A DNA stretch of 64,000 nt, from contig NW_027361752.1 of assembly GCF_039654945.1 (NCBI RefSeq), positions 30,566,001 through 30,630,000 of the forward strand, given 5' to 3'. Of this stretch, positions 25,902 through 36,982 are shown piece after piece. The notes under the pieces are model-generated. The model was not told where the DNA came from, did not search any database, and was given only the letters and a program-made list of their open reading frames with translations. Each line of letters opens with the position of its first letter. Position 1 is the stretch's first letter. Source of the stretch: Dendrobates tinctorius (Eukaryota). The translations under genes were made by a program, and so were the position numbers.

Positions 25902-27115
25902 CCCCTTCACTAGTACTGTGCATACCGTGTCTCTCCCTTTGATGTGGGCTCCGGTGCTGAGCCCACATCTTTCCTGGCACATGTCAGCTGTTTTTAACAG
26001 CTGACATGTGCCCACAAGATCCACGGGTGGAATCGTGAACCACCCGCAGTTGTTAACCTATTAAATACTGCTGTCAAACTCTGACAGCGGCATTTAATGA
26101 TCGCTTCCAGAAAGCGCATCGGAAATCCTGCCCATCGGTGACCCCATCGCGTGTCAACGATGGGTTGGCATGACAACCAGAGGTCTCCAGCAGATCTCTA
26201 TGGTTGTCACTGCCGGATTGCTATAAGCGCCGCCCGGTGGTCGGCGCTCATAGCAAATTAGCAATTCTGCTACATACAAGCGATCTGATCATCGCCTGTA
26301 TGTAGCAGAGATGATCGGGTTATGGCAGCTTTTAGTCACCCATGGAGACTATTGAAGCATGCCAAAAGTAAAAAAAAGTTTTAAAAAATATTAAAAAAAT
26401 ATAAAAGTTCAAATCACCCCGCTTTCAAATAAAACAATTTAAATAAAATCAAACATACACATATTTGGTATCACCGCATTTAAAATTTCCCAATCTATCA
26501 ATATAGAAAATGAATTAACCCAATTGCTAAAAGGCGTAACGTGAAAAAAAAGTCAAAACGCCAGAATTAGGGTTTTTTTAGTCGCCGCAACATTGCATTA
26601 AAATGCAAAAGATTCTATCTACACTAAAATGGTATCATTAAAAACGTCAGCTCGGTGCGCAAAAAATAAGCCTTCACCCAACCCAAGATCACAAATAATA
26701 GAGATGCTACAGGTATCCGAAAATGACACAAATTTTTTTATCAAACTTTCGATTTTTTTTTCACCACTTAAATTAAAAGAAAACTAAACATGTTTGGTTT
26801 CTATAAACTGGTAATGAGCTAAAGAATCATCATGGCAGGTCAGTGTTAACAGTTGGTGAACATGGTAAAAAAAATCCAAAAAACAGTTGTGGAATTGCAC
26901 TTTTGTTTGCAATATCACCAGACTTGGAATTTTTTTCCCATTTTTGTGTACACGATATGGTAAAACCAATGGTTTCGTTCAAAAGTTCAACTCGTCCCGC
27001 AAAAAGGAAACCCTCACATGGCTATATTGACAGAAAATTAAAAAAAGGTTATGTATCTGGGAAGAAGGGGAGCGGAAAACAGAAACGCCCAAACGAAAAA
27101 GGGCTCAGTCATGAA
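25902..27115. mobile_element. Non-autonomous piggyBac-like (TTAA) element, right end degraded
   Basis: Starts ttaa|ccccttcac; internal hairpins; ends near agtcatgaa without an intact ggggttaa terminus. Confidence 0.55.
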
Positions 27116-27872
27116 TGCCATTGTGGTAGTGGTCTTGGAAATTGGTGAAATGGAACGCCGTTCTGAGCAGGGGCGGTAACCGGGAACCTGGCCACAAACC
27201 ACGATGTGCTCAGTCAGCCTCCAAAGCTTGCCGTCAAAACTCAGCAGGAGGTGAAGTGTGTCATAATTTGAGAAAGAAACATCTTTCTCTGGTAAGACGT
27301 ATTGCAGAAATGATGATATTTTCTACCACTAGAAATTTGGCTCTTTATGAAATTCACCATGATGTTTGTGATAAGGAATTTTTTATGGTAACAAGGACTA
27401 ATTTAAATTATAGCAATATCAGCACTCCAATATTTTGCCATTTCCTAAATAATGGAAATAAATTAGCTAGAGGATGGTTAAGATCATGGCAGCTACTTTG
27501 TAGTGGAAGAAGCCAATAAGGCCTCTTTCACACATCAGGTTTTCGCCGTCAGGCGCGATCCGGCGCTTTTGACAGAAACCGGATCCGGCGAAATGCAATG
27601 CCGGATCCGGTTTCCCCCCCATTGACTTGCATTTGCACCGGATCGCACCGGATGGCCATGCGTTTCATCCGGTTTTCGCCGGATCCGGCAATGTGTCGCG
27701 ATCCGGCGTCTGGAAAAAACGGTGACTGTAACGTTTTTTGTCTCCGGCGAAAAAGCCGGACACGCCGGATCCGGCGCGTCCGGCTTTTTCACACAATGAA
27801 AGCCTATGAGCGCCGCAATGCGCCGGATCCGGTTTTTTGGTCTGAGCATGCTCAGTAGCTCTGCCCACAAGA

Positions 27873-27884
27873 CATATATAAAAG
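27873..27884 (+). promoter_or_regulatory. TATA box of the MADF gene
   Basis: catatataaaag about 40 bp upstream of ATG 27916. Confidence 0.5.
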
Positions 27885-27915
27885 CAAGACAGTGGGACCC
27901 ACAGCCACACCCAAC

Positions 27916-30657
27916 ATGCCACCCAAGACAGCAACCAGGCGCAGGAGAAGGCAGGAGACCACTGCAGCACCATCCGCACCACCACCACCCCAAATGGAGC
28001 AGCAAATAGAACATGCTGAGGAGGGGAGGCCAGCAGCAGATGAGAGACGGTAATTATCAAATAACCCATTCCTCCAAACTAGGGCTATTGAATATCAAGA
28101 TATTCATTGGCCCTTTGTTTCTCTTTATTCAACAGCCGCCCAATAGATGCAGCAGCAGCAGCAGCAATGGCAGCAGCTGGAACACCACCCACAGGCATGG
28201 AGTGTGGCCACCAGGAAGACAGCACATCATCTTCTGGGAGCCCTCCCTCGCATCGTCAGCGTTTGACGGTAAGTTTTTATTTCCAAAATCCATCTTCTCT
28301 GTAATATATGTCTATTCATTGCCTTTTATTTCAAAACAGGAATCACAAGATGAAGAGGAGCTCCCAGAAGAAGAAGGAAGGGGTGGACAGACACCTGGAG
28401 TGGGCTCACAATTGGTAAGTTTTTTGCATCAAACGCAGAAACACAACATCACACTACACACAACACATAGAAAACAATGTTCTGCAGACCACACACAGCA
28501 AACAAATGCCTACATCCAAAGACATAACATTTTTTTTTTCTTCTCTAGTCTTCCCAATCTGGTGCTTGGCCAAGAGGTCCTCGCAGTGCCTCCCAGGGTC
28601 GTCGGCGACAGCAACGCGGCGGTCACCAGCGTGTAAGTATAAATATTTTTGCTTTTTTTTTTGCACTTTTTATTTCATTTCTTTTGTGGAGGCTAATTAT
28701 GTTATTTTTGTCTTTTTCTTTAATAGCCTTCACAGCGTGCTCCCGACTCTGACGGTGAGGATGGAGGGATTGATGTGGACCGCCTCATCGATCTCGTCAG
28801 AGAAAGGGAGCCGCTCTGGAATATGGCTGACCGCCGCCACGCTGACCTGATCGTTACCCAACGACTCTGGGAGGAAATCTGTTCGCTCCTTGTGGGCCGC
28901 TGGGAGGACCTCGAAGCTCGGGCCCAGATTAAAGAGCGTAAGTATATACAGTACCGATTGCTTGATGTAAACCAGTGTTTCCCGAACTCCAGTCCTCGTG
29001 GTCCCCACGGATCATGTGTTCAGGATTTCTATTTACTATAGAAATCCTGAAAACATGACCCCTGGGGACCATGAGGACTGGAGTTTGGGAAACACTGATG
29101 TTGTATACTAACCACTCCTTTCTCGTTTCAGGGAACAGAATTGTGAATCGGTGGCGGTCTGTGAGAGATCGTTTCAAGAAGGAGTTCAATAAAGAGATGC
29201 GGGCCCCGAGTGGATCTGGAGGACGCAGGAGCAAGTACAAGTACGCAGAAGCCCTGTCGTTCCTCCGGGAAACAATGGTCACCAGAAGGTAAATATTACA
29301 CACCACATGTGAAAAAAAATGTTATATGTAAAAATTTTTTTCAGCCAGGGCCATACCATGTCAGTATTTTAATTGTTTTTTTTTCTCTTTATTCCACAGC
29401 ACGGTGAGCAGCACTCGGGAGCCGGCACGATTGGACCCTTCTGAGGCGATCCCTGAGGAGACCGGCACCGAGGGACACTTCGACCGCCCCGGTACATCTG
29501 CACCATCCACCAGCACAGGAGCATCGTGGCCGCCTACATTACATGAAGCTGCTGGTGAGGAGATCGCTTTCCCTTTACCCCACCGTTCTGCCCCTGCCAC
29601 CTCTAGTACACCTGCGGGTACTGGGCGGCAGCGGCAGAGGGGTCAGGAAAAGACTTATGCGCCAGAGTTCTTGCATCTGAATGCATCTTTCCAGAACTGT
29701 CTAAAAGTCTTGTCAGAGCAAATCTCCGCAGGCTATCAGCAGATCAACTCCAGCATTCTGGAGGTGAAGACACTTCTGCAAACCATGCATTCAGAAGCAA
29801 GATCTTCGCCAAACCACACCTTTTTCAGGTCTGTTGTGGAGCGCATGGAAACGCTCTCTCCTGCCCAGCAGATGCATGTAATGCATTCATGCCACGCTGC
29901 TCTCCAGCAAGTTACCTCCCAACCTCCTCCTCCTCCCACCACAGTAGTTCCTCCACCTGCACCCCCTCCAGCCACTTTCCATCCTCCCCCTCCTATTACA
30001 TCTACACCCCCTCCAGCCACTTTCCATCCTCCCCCTCCTATTACATCTACACCCCCTCCAGCCACTTTCCATCCTCCCCCTCCTATTACATACCATCCAC
30101 CTCCAGCCACTTTCCATCCTCCCCCTCCTATTACATACCATCCACCTCCCCAGCACCATCCACCTCCCCAGCACCATCCACCTCCCCAGCACCATCCACC
30201 TCCCCAGCACCAGCAACCTCCCCAGCACCAGCAACCTCACCAGTACCAGCAACCTCCACAGTACCTGCAAACTCCCCAGTACCAGCAACCTGCCCCGTAC
30301 CAGACATCTCCCCACTTCCAGCAACCTGCCCCGTACCAGACATCTCCCCACTTCCAGCAACCTGCCCCGTACCAGACATCTCCCCACTTCCAGAAACCTG
30401 CCCTGTACCAAACTCCTTCCCCATACAACTTGCCATCAACATCATCTGCTCCTACAGTCCCTGCCCAACCCTCCACTCCACCACCCACCACCTCTTCTGC
30501 TTCCCACATGTCCACCCATTCTGTAGTTTTTTCCACACCTTCACCTCTAACTGTTCCTTCCCCACCACGATCCCAGTCCTCTCTCCACACTCCCAGTGTC
30601 GAAGTGTCCCACAGCCCCTACAGCAGTATTTCCACCACACACTACACAGAATTATAA
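27916..30657 (+). CDS. Harbinger MADF/Myb-SANT protein with BESS-like motif and P/Q/H/Y repeat tail; exons 27916-28049, 28136-28268, 28340-28414, 28549-28632, 28727-28937, 29132-29288, 29400-30657 (683 aa)
   Basis: All introns are GT-AG with compatible phases; spliced length 2052 nt with no stop seen. MADF motifs LIDLVREREPLWNMADRRH..WEEIC and RWRSVRDRFKKE; basic N-terminal NLS-like RRRRR; aataaa at 30670. Confidence 0.85.
28973..29097. mobile_element. Short hAT (Charlie-like) MITE in intron 5 of the MADF gene
   Basis: TIRs cagtgtttcccgaactccagtcctc / gaggactggagtttgggaaacactg; TSD only partly conserved. Confidence 0.75.
29960..30410 (+). repeat. Coding tandem repeats: PPPATFHPPPPIT(ST/YH) x4, PPPQHH-type x~5, QQPAPYQTSPHF x3
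   Basis: In-frame tandem units (42, 18 and 36 bp) in the last MADF exon. Confidence 0.9.
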
Positions 30658-31157
30658 TGTGTGTATTTAAATAAAAATGACCAGTTTTATGGTTTCAGTT
30701 TTATAGTTTCAAAGTTTTATTAAACAAGTTTATTAAAATTTTAAAAAAGTTTACTAAAAAAAACATTTTTCAATAAAAGTTAAATTATTTTACACTGGTT
30801 GTCTGTCATTTCTTTCTGCGGAGAAAAAGGTTAAATACAGGGTATTTAAAAGGTGAAATGGTATTCAAAACTAGGTATATAACTGTGGGTAAATTTTAGC
30901 TTTTTGCCACAGTTGTGTTCCTGGTTGTGCTTGAAGCAAAGTATTTCACCTAAAAAGTTGTGTTTATTGTTGGTGATTTCCTAACAATGTACACAACTTT
31001 TGTTAAAAGGTGAAATACTTTGCATAAAACACAACCAGGTACACACCTGTGGCCTAAAGCTAAAAATAGAGACCATGACAAGATAGCCAACTTTGGTTGG
31101 CAAAGGAATATACTGTTGGTACAGAAGGTACACAAGTTTGGTTAGGGCACAAATCTT

Positions 31158-32575
31158 TCACACTCTGTCATCCTGCCAGTGTACTCTGCCTTGAGGTGAC
31201 ATAAAGTATAGTGCAAAATTGTCCCTCATTACTGAAACCGTCACAGAACTTCTAGTGGTAATGTCATGGTAATCTTGCAAGGTGGTTTCTTCAGAGGTGT
31301 CCTCAATGGAAATGGGTTCCTTGCAGATAACAAAATTGTGGAGTACCACGCACGCTTTGATCACCTCGTCCACAGTTTCTGTCTTGAGGTTGATCGCAGT
31401 CAATAGGACCCGCCATTTGGCTGTCAGAATACCAAAGGTACATTCAACCATTCTTCTTGCTCTTGTGAGGCGGTAATTAAAAATGCGTTTTGGTCTTGTC
31501 AATCCTCTGCTAGAGTACGGTTTCAAAAGGTGTTCTGACAGCTGGAAGGCTTCATCCCCTACACAGACAAATGGCATAGGTGGACCAGATGTTTGCGGCA
31601 GCGGCCTAGGTGGTGGGAACTGGAAGGTGTTTCCATACAGTTTACGCCCCATGGCAGACAGTTTGAAAACTTGAGAGTCATTGGAGCGGCCATAGGCCCC
31701 AATATCAACCGCAATAAATTTGTATTCCGCGTCAGCGATGGCCATGAGGACAATTGAAAAATATTTCTGGTAATTGAAATATTCCGATCCCGATCCAGCT
31801 GGCTTTACAATGCGGATATGTTTCCCGTCCACAGCGCCAAGCAGTTGGGAAACTGACATATCTGTTGAAACTTGTCAGCAATTTCAATCCACCTCTCTGT
31901 TGTGGGCTCTGGTAAAAACTCTTCAGCTAAGGAGTCCCACAGTGCACGGCATGTGTACTTCACAATTCCAGATATGGTGGAAATCCCGAGTCTGTACTGG
32001 AAATGCAGTGACGAAAGGGATTCTCCAGTTGCAAGAAATCTGTGGGGAATTAAAAAACAATAAATTAGTTTTAAATCACAGCATTACATACCAAAACTGA
32101 CCTATAACACTTGGAGATACAAATTACCACCAACAAGATTGCAGTGAAAGTGTGCTCTGATGCGATCATATCCAATAAATGTGGCTTACCTTAAAGTCAC
32201 CATCAGACGCTCTGCGGGTGAAACAGAGAAGCGGCAATAGGTGTCCGCTTTTCTTATGAGGTGTGCAATGCGCTCCACCAAGTAATCAAAATTCTCCATT
32301 TTCATCCTAACATATCCAAAAAATTTATCCGGGTTTCGTCGAAGGTCCATGCATAGTGTAGAATAGACCCCACGCGTCATTCTCTTGGCTGTGATGGGGT
32401 GGATCCACAAACGTCGTCTACGATGCCTGATGCGCTGCTGTCTCGCTCTCTCCTTCTCCAGAACAATCACCCTCAAACGATTTGCCTCCGCTGTAAAATC
32501 CGCCAAATTCTTCAAAATATTTCCAATGACAACATCCATCTTCGCCAGTAACTTGCTCTTCTCTCCAACCTGCAC
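31158..32575 (-). pseudogene. Harbinger DDE transposase, 2 exons (32190-32575, 31158-32039), single frameshift near 31840
   Basis: LMVTLR/FLATGES across a GT-AG intron (32040-32189); GAVDGKH, DIGAYGRSNDSQVF, VGDEAF, RARRMVECTFGILTAKWR, CVVLHNF. One base missing in FPNCLGAVDG. Confidence 0.93.
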
Positions 32576-34164
32576 TTTCTCCTCTACAACCTGTCAAAGA
32601 AGGGCTGTAGGAACATGCTATATATAGTTTTCCAGTAGCCAATCCCGTTCGGAAGGCCACAAGGGTCAATTTTAAAAACCGGATCCGGCGTAATCCGTCG
32701 AAAAACGGATAGAAAAACGGATGAACCGGATGAGACGGATCCGGTTTTGTCTGTCAAGAAAAAGACGGATCCGGCAGAAAACCGGATCCGTCACATCCGG
32801 TTTTACGAAACATTTGCCGGATCCGGCGTTCCGGCACGACGCCGGATCGCGCCTGACGCCGAAAACCTGATGTGTGAAAGTAGCCTAAGACTGATGATTA
32901 CACCATTTATAATGGTGTGTTATCAAAATAGTTCTGAGGAGACGGTAGACTTTAAAAAAAATGTCCACATAAATAGATGATGCTTTGCACAGCTCAACTC
33001 CTACGCAATAATGATTATATTTGCAATTATTATTGGGAATATCTGAATATACATTGAAATCGTACACAGTAGCAGTAGTTTTTACAAAGTAAAGTTAGAA
33101 GTAATAGAAAACTAGAGGAAACAATGGAAAAAATAGGTGTCTATTATTATGTGGGTGTAGGCGAGACATTTCTTTTTCTCTTTCAGCGTGAGATCATTAT
33201 ATAAGCTTGTTTACTCAAACTTTTAATGCATTGTCTCTGTGTGCCTACCAGTTATACTTAGCATCCTCCAGATCTGTTTGCCTTTTATTCCCATTTTCTG
33301 TGCCCTTCTGTTGCCAATTTGATATTGCACATAGCTGATATGACACATTATCTGCAAGTTGTTTTGTGAGTGGTAATTTCCCCATGGTGCTGCATCCCAG
33401 GGCTCCTATAATATGTGAACATTATGTTGCATTTTGAAAACAAATATACTTTGGCTGAAGGACTCTGCTGCTGTGTGATTTATGCATCTACAGGATTAGA
33501 AAAAAATAAAGTAACAACAACGAAAGTAATGGGAGAGACATCTACAAGTCATCCAGTATCTAAAAGGTTAAATAACACTTTCACTAGCATAAGAGATGGT
33601 CTCTGAGGAATAAATTAAGACATGATATATGTCAGTCTTAAAGGGGTATGGTAGATAAGTTCACTCGGCTGCACATGGAGGTAGACATAGATACACTGTC
33701 AGTTTAAATCTTCTACTGGTTTATTATATGGATGCAGCATAAACCAGTGTGAAGTGAAAGAGAAACATGGCCCTTCAGGCAAAACAATATACAACAACAC
33801 AAAATGGTATACAGTCTCTGCAGCTGTGGGAATCCACCCACTCAGGATATAACAACCAGGTTCAAAACAGTTTAACACAAAACACTTCTCTGGAGCTGCC
33901 AGCTCCAGACACATCCAACACCAATGAGTCACATGGCTGACTATTTACCTTCTAAACCCCATCCTGGGGTGGAGATATGGAGAACACCCTACCACCCCCT
34001 CTTCAGCTATTCACTGAAAAACTTAACCCTTAAAAATGGCTGATTAACCCCTCTCAGCACTTAGTGTACTGGAGCAAACTTCTAGGTTACAGATCACTGA
34101 AGCTAACAGACTCAGTGAAACATATCTCCCCTCCAGTACTTTGTCACTGATTTTGTCACATTCC

Positions 34165-34489
34165 CCCCTTTGCCTAAAGCCAGGGGTTTGGGCACTTTCA
34201 ATAACCAAACATGGAAGTCTAGAAAGGGCTTCTGCATTACCATGTATCTTACCAGGCCTGTGCTCCACATGAAAACTAAAGTCACCTGGGAATTCTTCCC
34301 CTTCCTTTCCCTCATCCAACTCAGTAGCGCATGATATGACGCTAGCCGGAACTTTCAGCCTAAAAGGTAGCACCTGAGAGTGTCAATTGCCCATTTGATG
34401 GCCAAGCACTCTTTCTCCACAATAGCATAGTTCTTTTCATAGGAGGAGAGTTTCCTACTCAGGCATTGGACTAGATGTTCATCCCCATC
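34165..34489 (-). pseudogene. Gmr1-like RNase H C-terminal remnant
   Basis: SRKLSSYEKNYAIVEKECLAIKWAI; FHVEHRPGKIHGNAEALSR; runs into the PPT and LTR. Confidence 0.8.
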
Positions 34490-34774
34490 TACAGTGGGGA
34501 AAAAAAGTATTTAGTCAGCCACCAATTGTGCAAGTTCTCCCACTGAAAAAGATGAGAGAGGCCTGTAATTGACATCATAGGTAGACCACAACTATGAGAG
34601 TCAAAATGAGAAAATAAATCCAGAAAATCACCTTGTCTGATTTGGTGAGATTTATTTTTCAAATTGGTCACCTAAAAACATGCAAGATTTCTGGCTCTCA
34701 CAGACTTGTAACATCTTCTTTAAGAGGCTCCTCTGTCCTCCACTAGGCATTGCTCCTACTAGCCAGTTTCCTAC

Positions 34775-34818
34775 TCCACACTGATGAGGGGCAATACCCC
34801 GAAACAGCTGTCTGTGGA
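34775..34818 (+). ncRNA. Type I hammerhead ribozyme, copy 1 (predicted cleavage after C34812)
   Basis: uccaca-CUGAUGA-GGGG caaua CCCC-GAAAC agcu GUC-ugugga: full conserved core, stems I and II, short palindromic stem III. Confidence 0.93.
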
Positions 34819-35126
34819 TGGATACCATGTTTTGGCATAGGTGGTTTCCTTCATTGGAGACTGCCCTTCCCGTGGTTGTTCCTTCCCGGTGAAAGACCTG
34901 GCTAGTCATTGCTTGCATTGAGAAACATGTGATGGTGTCTCCGCGGCTGTTGATTTACATGTTTTTGCATATTTCCCATAAGGGATGGGGGCATTGCTCT
35001 AGAATCACTGCGTTGAGAAACATGTGATGGTGTCTCCGCAGTGTCGGATGTTGATCTCCATGAGGTCACTCTTCCTCATTTTCACAGTCTTTTACTAGGC
35101 ATTGCTCCTACTAGCCAGTTTCCTAC

Positions 35127-35170
35127 TCCACACTGATGAGGGGCAATACCCCGAAACAGCTGTCTGTGGA
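35127..35170 (+). ncRNA. Type I hammerhead ribozyme, copy 2
   Basis: Identical to copy 1. Confidence 0.93.
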
Positions 35171-35478
35171 TGGATACCATGTTTTGGCATAGGTGGTTTC
35201 CTTCATTGGAGACTGCCCTTCCCGTGGTTGTTCCTTCCCGGCAAAAGACCTGGCTAGTCATTGCTTGCGTTGAGAAACATGTGATGGTGTCTCCGCGGCT
35301 GTTGATTTACATGTTTTTGCATATTTCCCATAAGGGATGGGGGCATTGCTCTAGAATCACTGCATTGAGAAACATGTGATGGTGTCTCCGCAGTGTCGGA
35401 TGTTGATCTCCATGAGGTCACTCATCCTCATTTTCACAGTCTTTTACTAGGCATTGCTCCTACTAGCCAGTTTCCTAC

Positions 35479-35522
35479 TCCACACTGATGAGGGGCAATA
35501 CCCCGAAACAGCTGTCTGTGGA
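35479..35522 (+). ncRNA. Type I hammerhead ribozyme, copy 3
   Basis: Identical to copy 1. Confidence 0.93.
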
Positions 35523-35751
35523 TGGATACCATGTTTTGGCATAGGTGGTTTCCTTCAATGGAGACTGCCCTTCCCGTGGTTGTTCCTTCCCGGTGAAAGA
35601 CCTGGCTAGTCATTGCTTGCGTTGAGAAACATGTGATGGTGTCTCCGCGGCTGTTGACTCATTAGCTGTAGTAATGGCACCTGTTCGAACTTGCTATCAG
35701 TATAAAAGACACCTGTCCACAATCTCAAACAGTCACACTCCAAACTTCACT

Positions 35752-36766
35752 ACGGTGAAGACCAAAGAGCTGTTGAAGGACACCAGAAACAAAATTATAG
35801 CCCTGCACCAGGCTGGGAAGACTGAATCTGCAATGGGCAAGCAGCTTGATCTGATGAAATCAACTGTGGGAGCAATGATAAGAAAATGAAAGACATACAA
35901 GACCACTGATGATCTCCTTTGATCTGGGGCTCCACACAAGATCTCACCCCGTGGGGTCAATATGATCACAAGAACAGTGAGCAAAAATACCAGAACCACA
36001 CAGGGGGAATGACCTGCATAGAGCTGGGACCACTGTAACAACGGCTACCATCAGTAACACTCTAGGCCGCCAGGGACTCAGATCCTGCAATGCCAGACGT
36101 GTACCCCAGCTTAATCCAGTACATGTCCAGACCCATCTGAAGTTTGCTAGAGAGCATTTGGATTATCCAGAAGAGTACTGGGAGAATGTCATATGGTCTG
36201 ATGAAACCAAAGTAGAACTGTTTGGTAGAAACAAAACTCGTTGTGTTTGGAGGAGACAGATTGCTGAGTTGCATCCAAAGAACTCCATACCTACTGTGAA
36301 GCATGGGGGTGGCAAACGCATGCTTTGGGGCTGTTTCTCTGCAACGGGACAAGGATGACTGATCCGTGTACATGAAAGAATGAATGGGGCTATGCATCGT
36401 GAGATTTTAAGTGCAAACCTCCTTCCATCAGCAAGGGCATTGAAGATGAAACATGGATGGGTCTTTCAGTATGATAATGATCCCAAATACATCACCAGGG
36501 CAATGAAGGAGTGGCTTCATAAGAAGCATATGAAGGTCTTGTAGTGGCCTAGCCAGTCTCCAGAACTCAACCCCATAAAAAACCTTTGGAAGGATTTAAA
36601 AGTCAGTGTTGCCCAGTGACAGGCCCAAAACATCACTGCTCTAGAGGAGATCTGCATGGAGGAATGGGCCAATATACCACCAACAGTGTGTGCCAAACTT
36701 GTGACGACTTACAGAAAACATTTGACTTCTGTCATTGCCAACAAAGGATAGATAACAAAATATTGA
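35752..36766 (+). pseudogene. Tc1 transposase, inactivated
   Basis: VKTKELLKDTRNKIIALHQAGK; WENVIWSDETKVELFG; TVKHGGGKRMLWGCFS; FQYDNDPK; WPSQSPELNPI. Start codon lost; stops and frameshifts present. Confidence 0.92.
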
Positions 36767-36982
36767 GATGAACTATTGTTAATGACTAAATACTTATTTT
36801 CCTCCATAATATGAAAAATAAATCTTGCCAAATCAGACAAGGTGATTTTCTGGATTTGTTTTCTCATTTTGACTCTCATAGCTGTGGTCTACCTATGATG
36901 TTAATTACAGACCTCTCTCATCTTTTTAAGTGAGAGAACTTGCTCAATTGGTGGCTGACTAAATACTTTTTTCCCCACTGTA

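Larger units (their letters stand above)
27520..32885. mobile_element. PIF/Harbinger DNA transposon, young and near full-length (5366 bp)
   Basis: ~46-bp TIRs ggc(ct/ta)ctttcacacatcaggttttcg(c/g)cgtcaggcgcgatccggcg; perfect TAA TSD; subterminal ccggatccgg repeats; two convergent genes. Confidence 0.96.
34745..35656 (+). mobile_element. Retrozyme-like tandem array: ~2.6 x 352-bp units, each with a hammerhead ribozyme
   Basis: ctgatga cores at 34781, 35133 and 35485 (period 352); units nearly identical; inserted in the Tc1 5' region with act at both junctions. Confidence 0.88.
34492..36980 (+). mobile_element. Tc1 transposon (IR/DR type) with TA TSD
   Basis: ta|cagtggggaaaaaaagtatttagtcagccaccaatt ... 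aattggtggctgactaaatacttttttccccactg|ta; ~200-bp TIRs. Confidence 0.95.

Noticed and set aside
27140-27300. Possible host exon ending in tggtaag
   Set aside because: No clear acceptor or recognisable protein.
29736-30674. Several long overlapping ORFs
   Set aside because: Alternative frames and antisense readings of the low-complexity MADF exon.
31158-32575. Host HARBI1 gene
   Set aside because: Bounded by TIRs and a TSD and frameshifted, so it is a transposon copy.
34745-35656. CRISPR-like regularity, or small ORFs (34652-34918, 35170-35379)
   Set aside because: Whole units repeat with no unique spacers and no cas genes; the ORFs are incidental to the ribozyme repeat.
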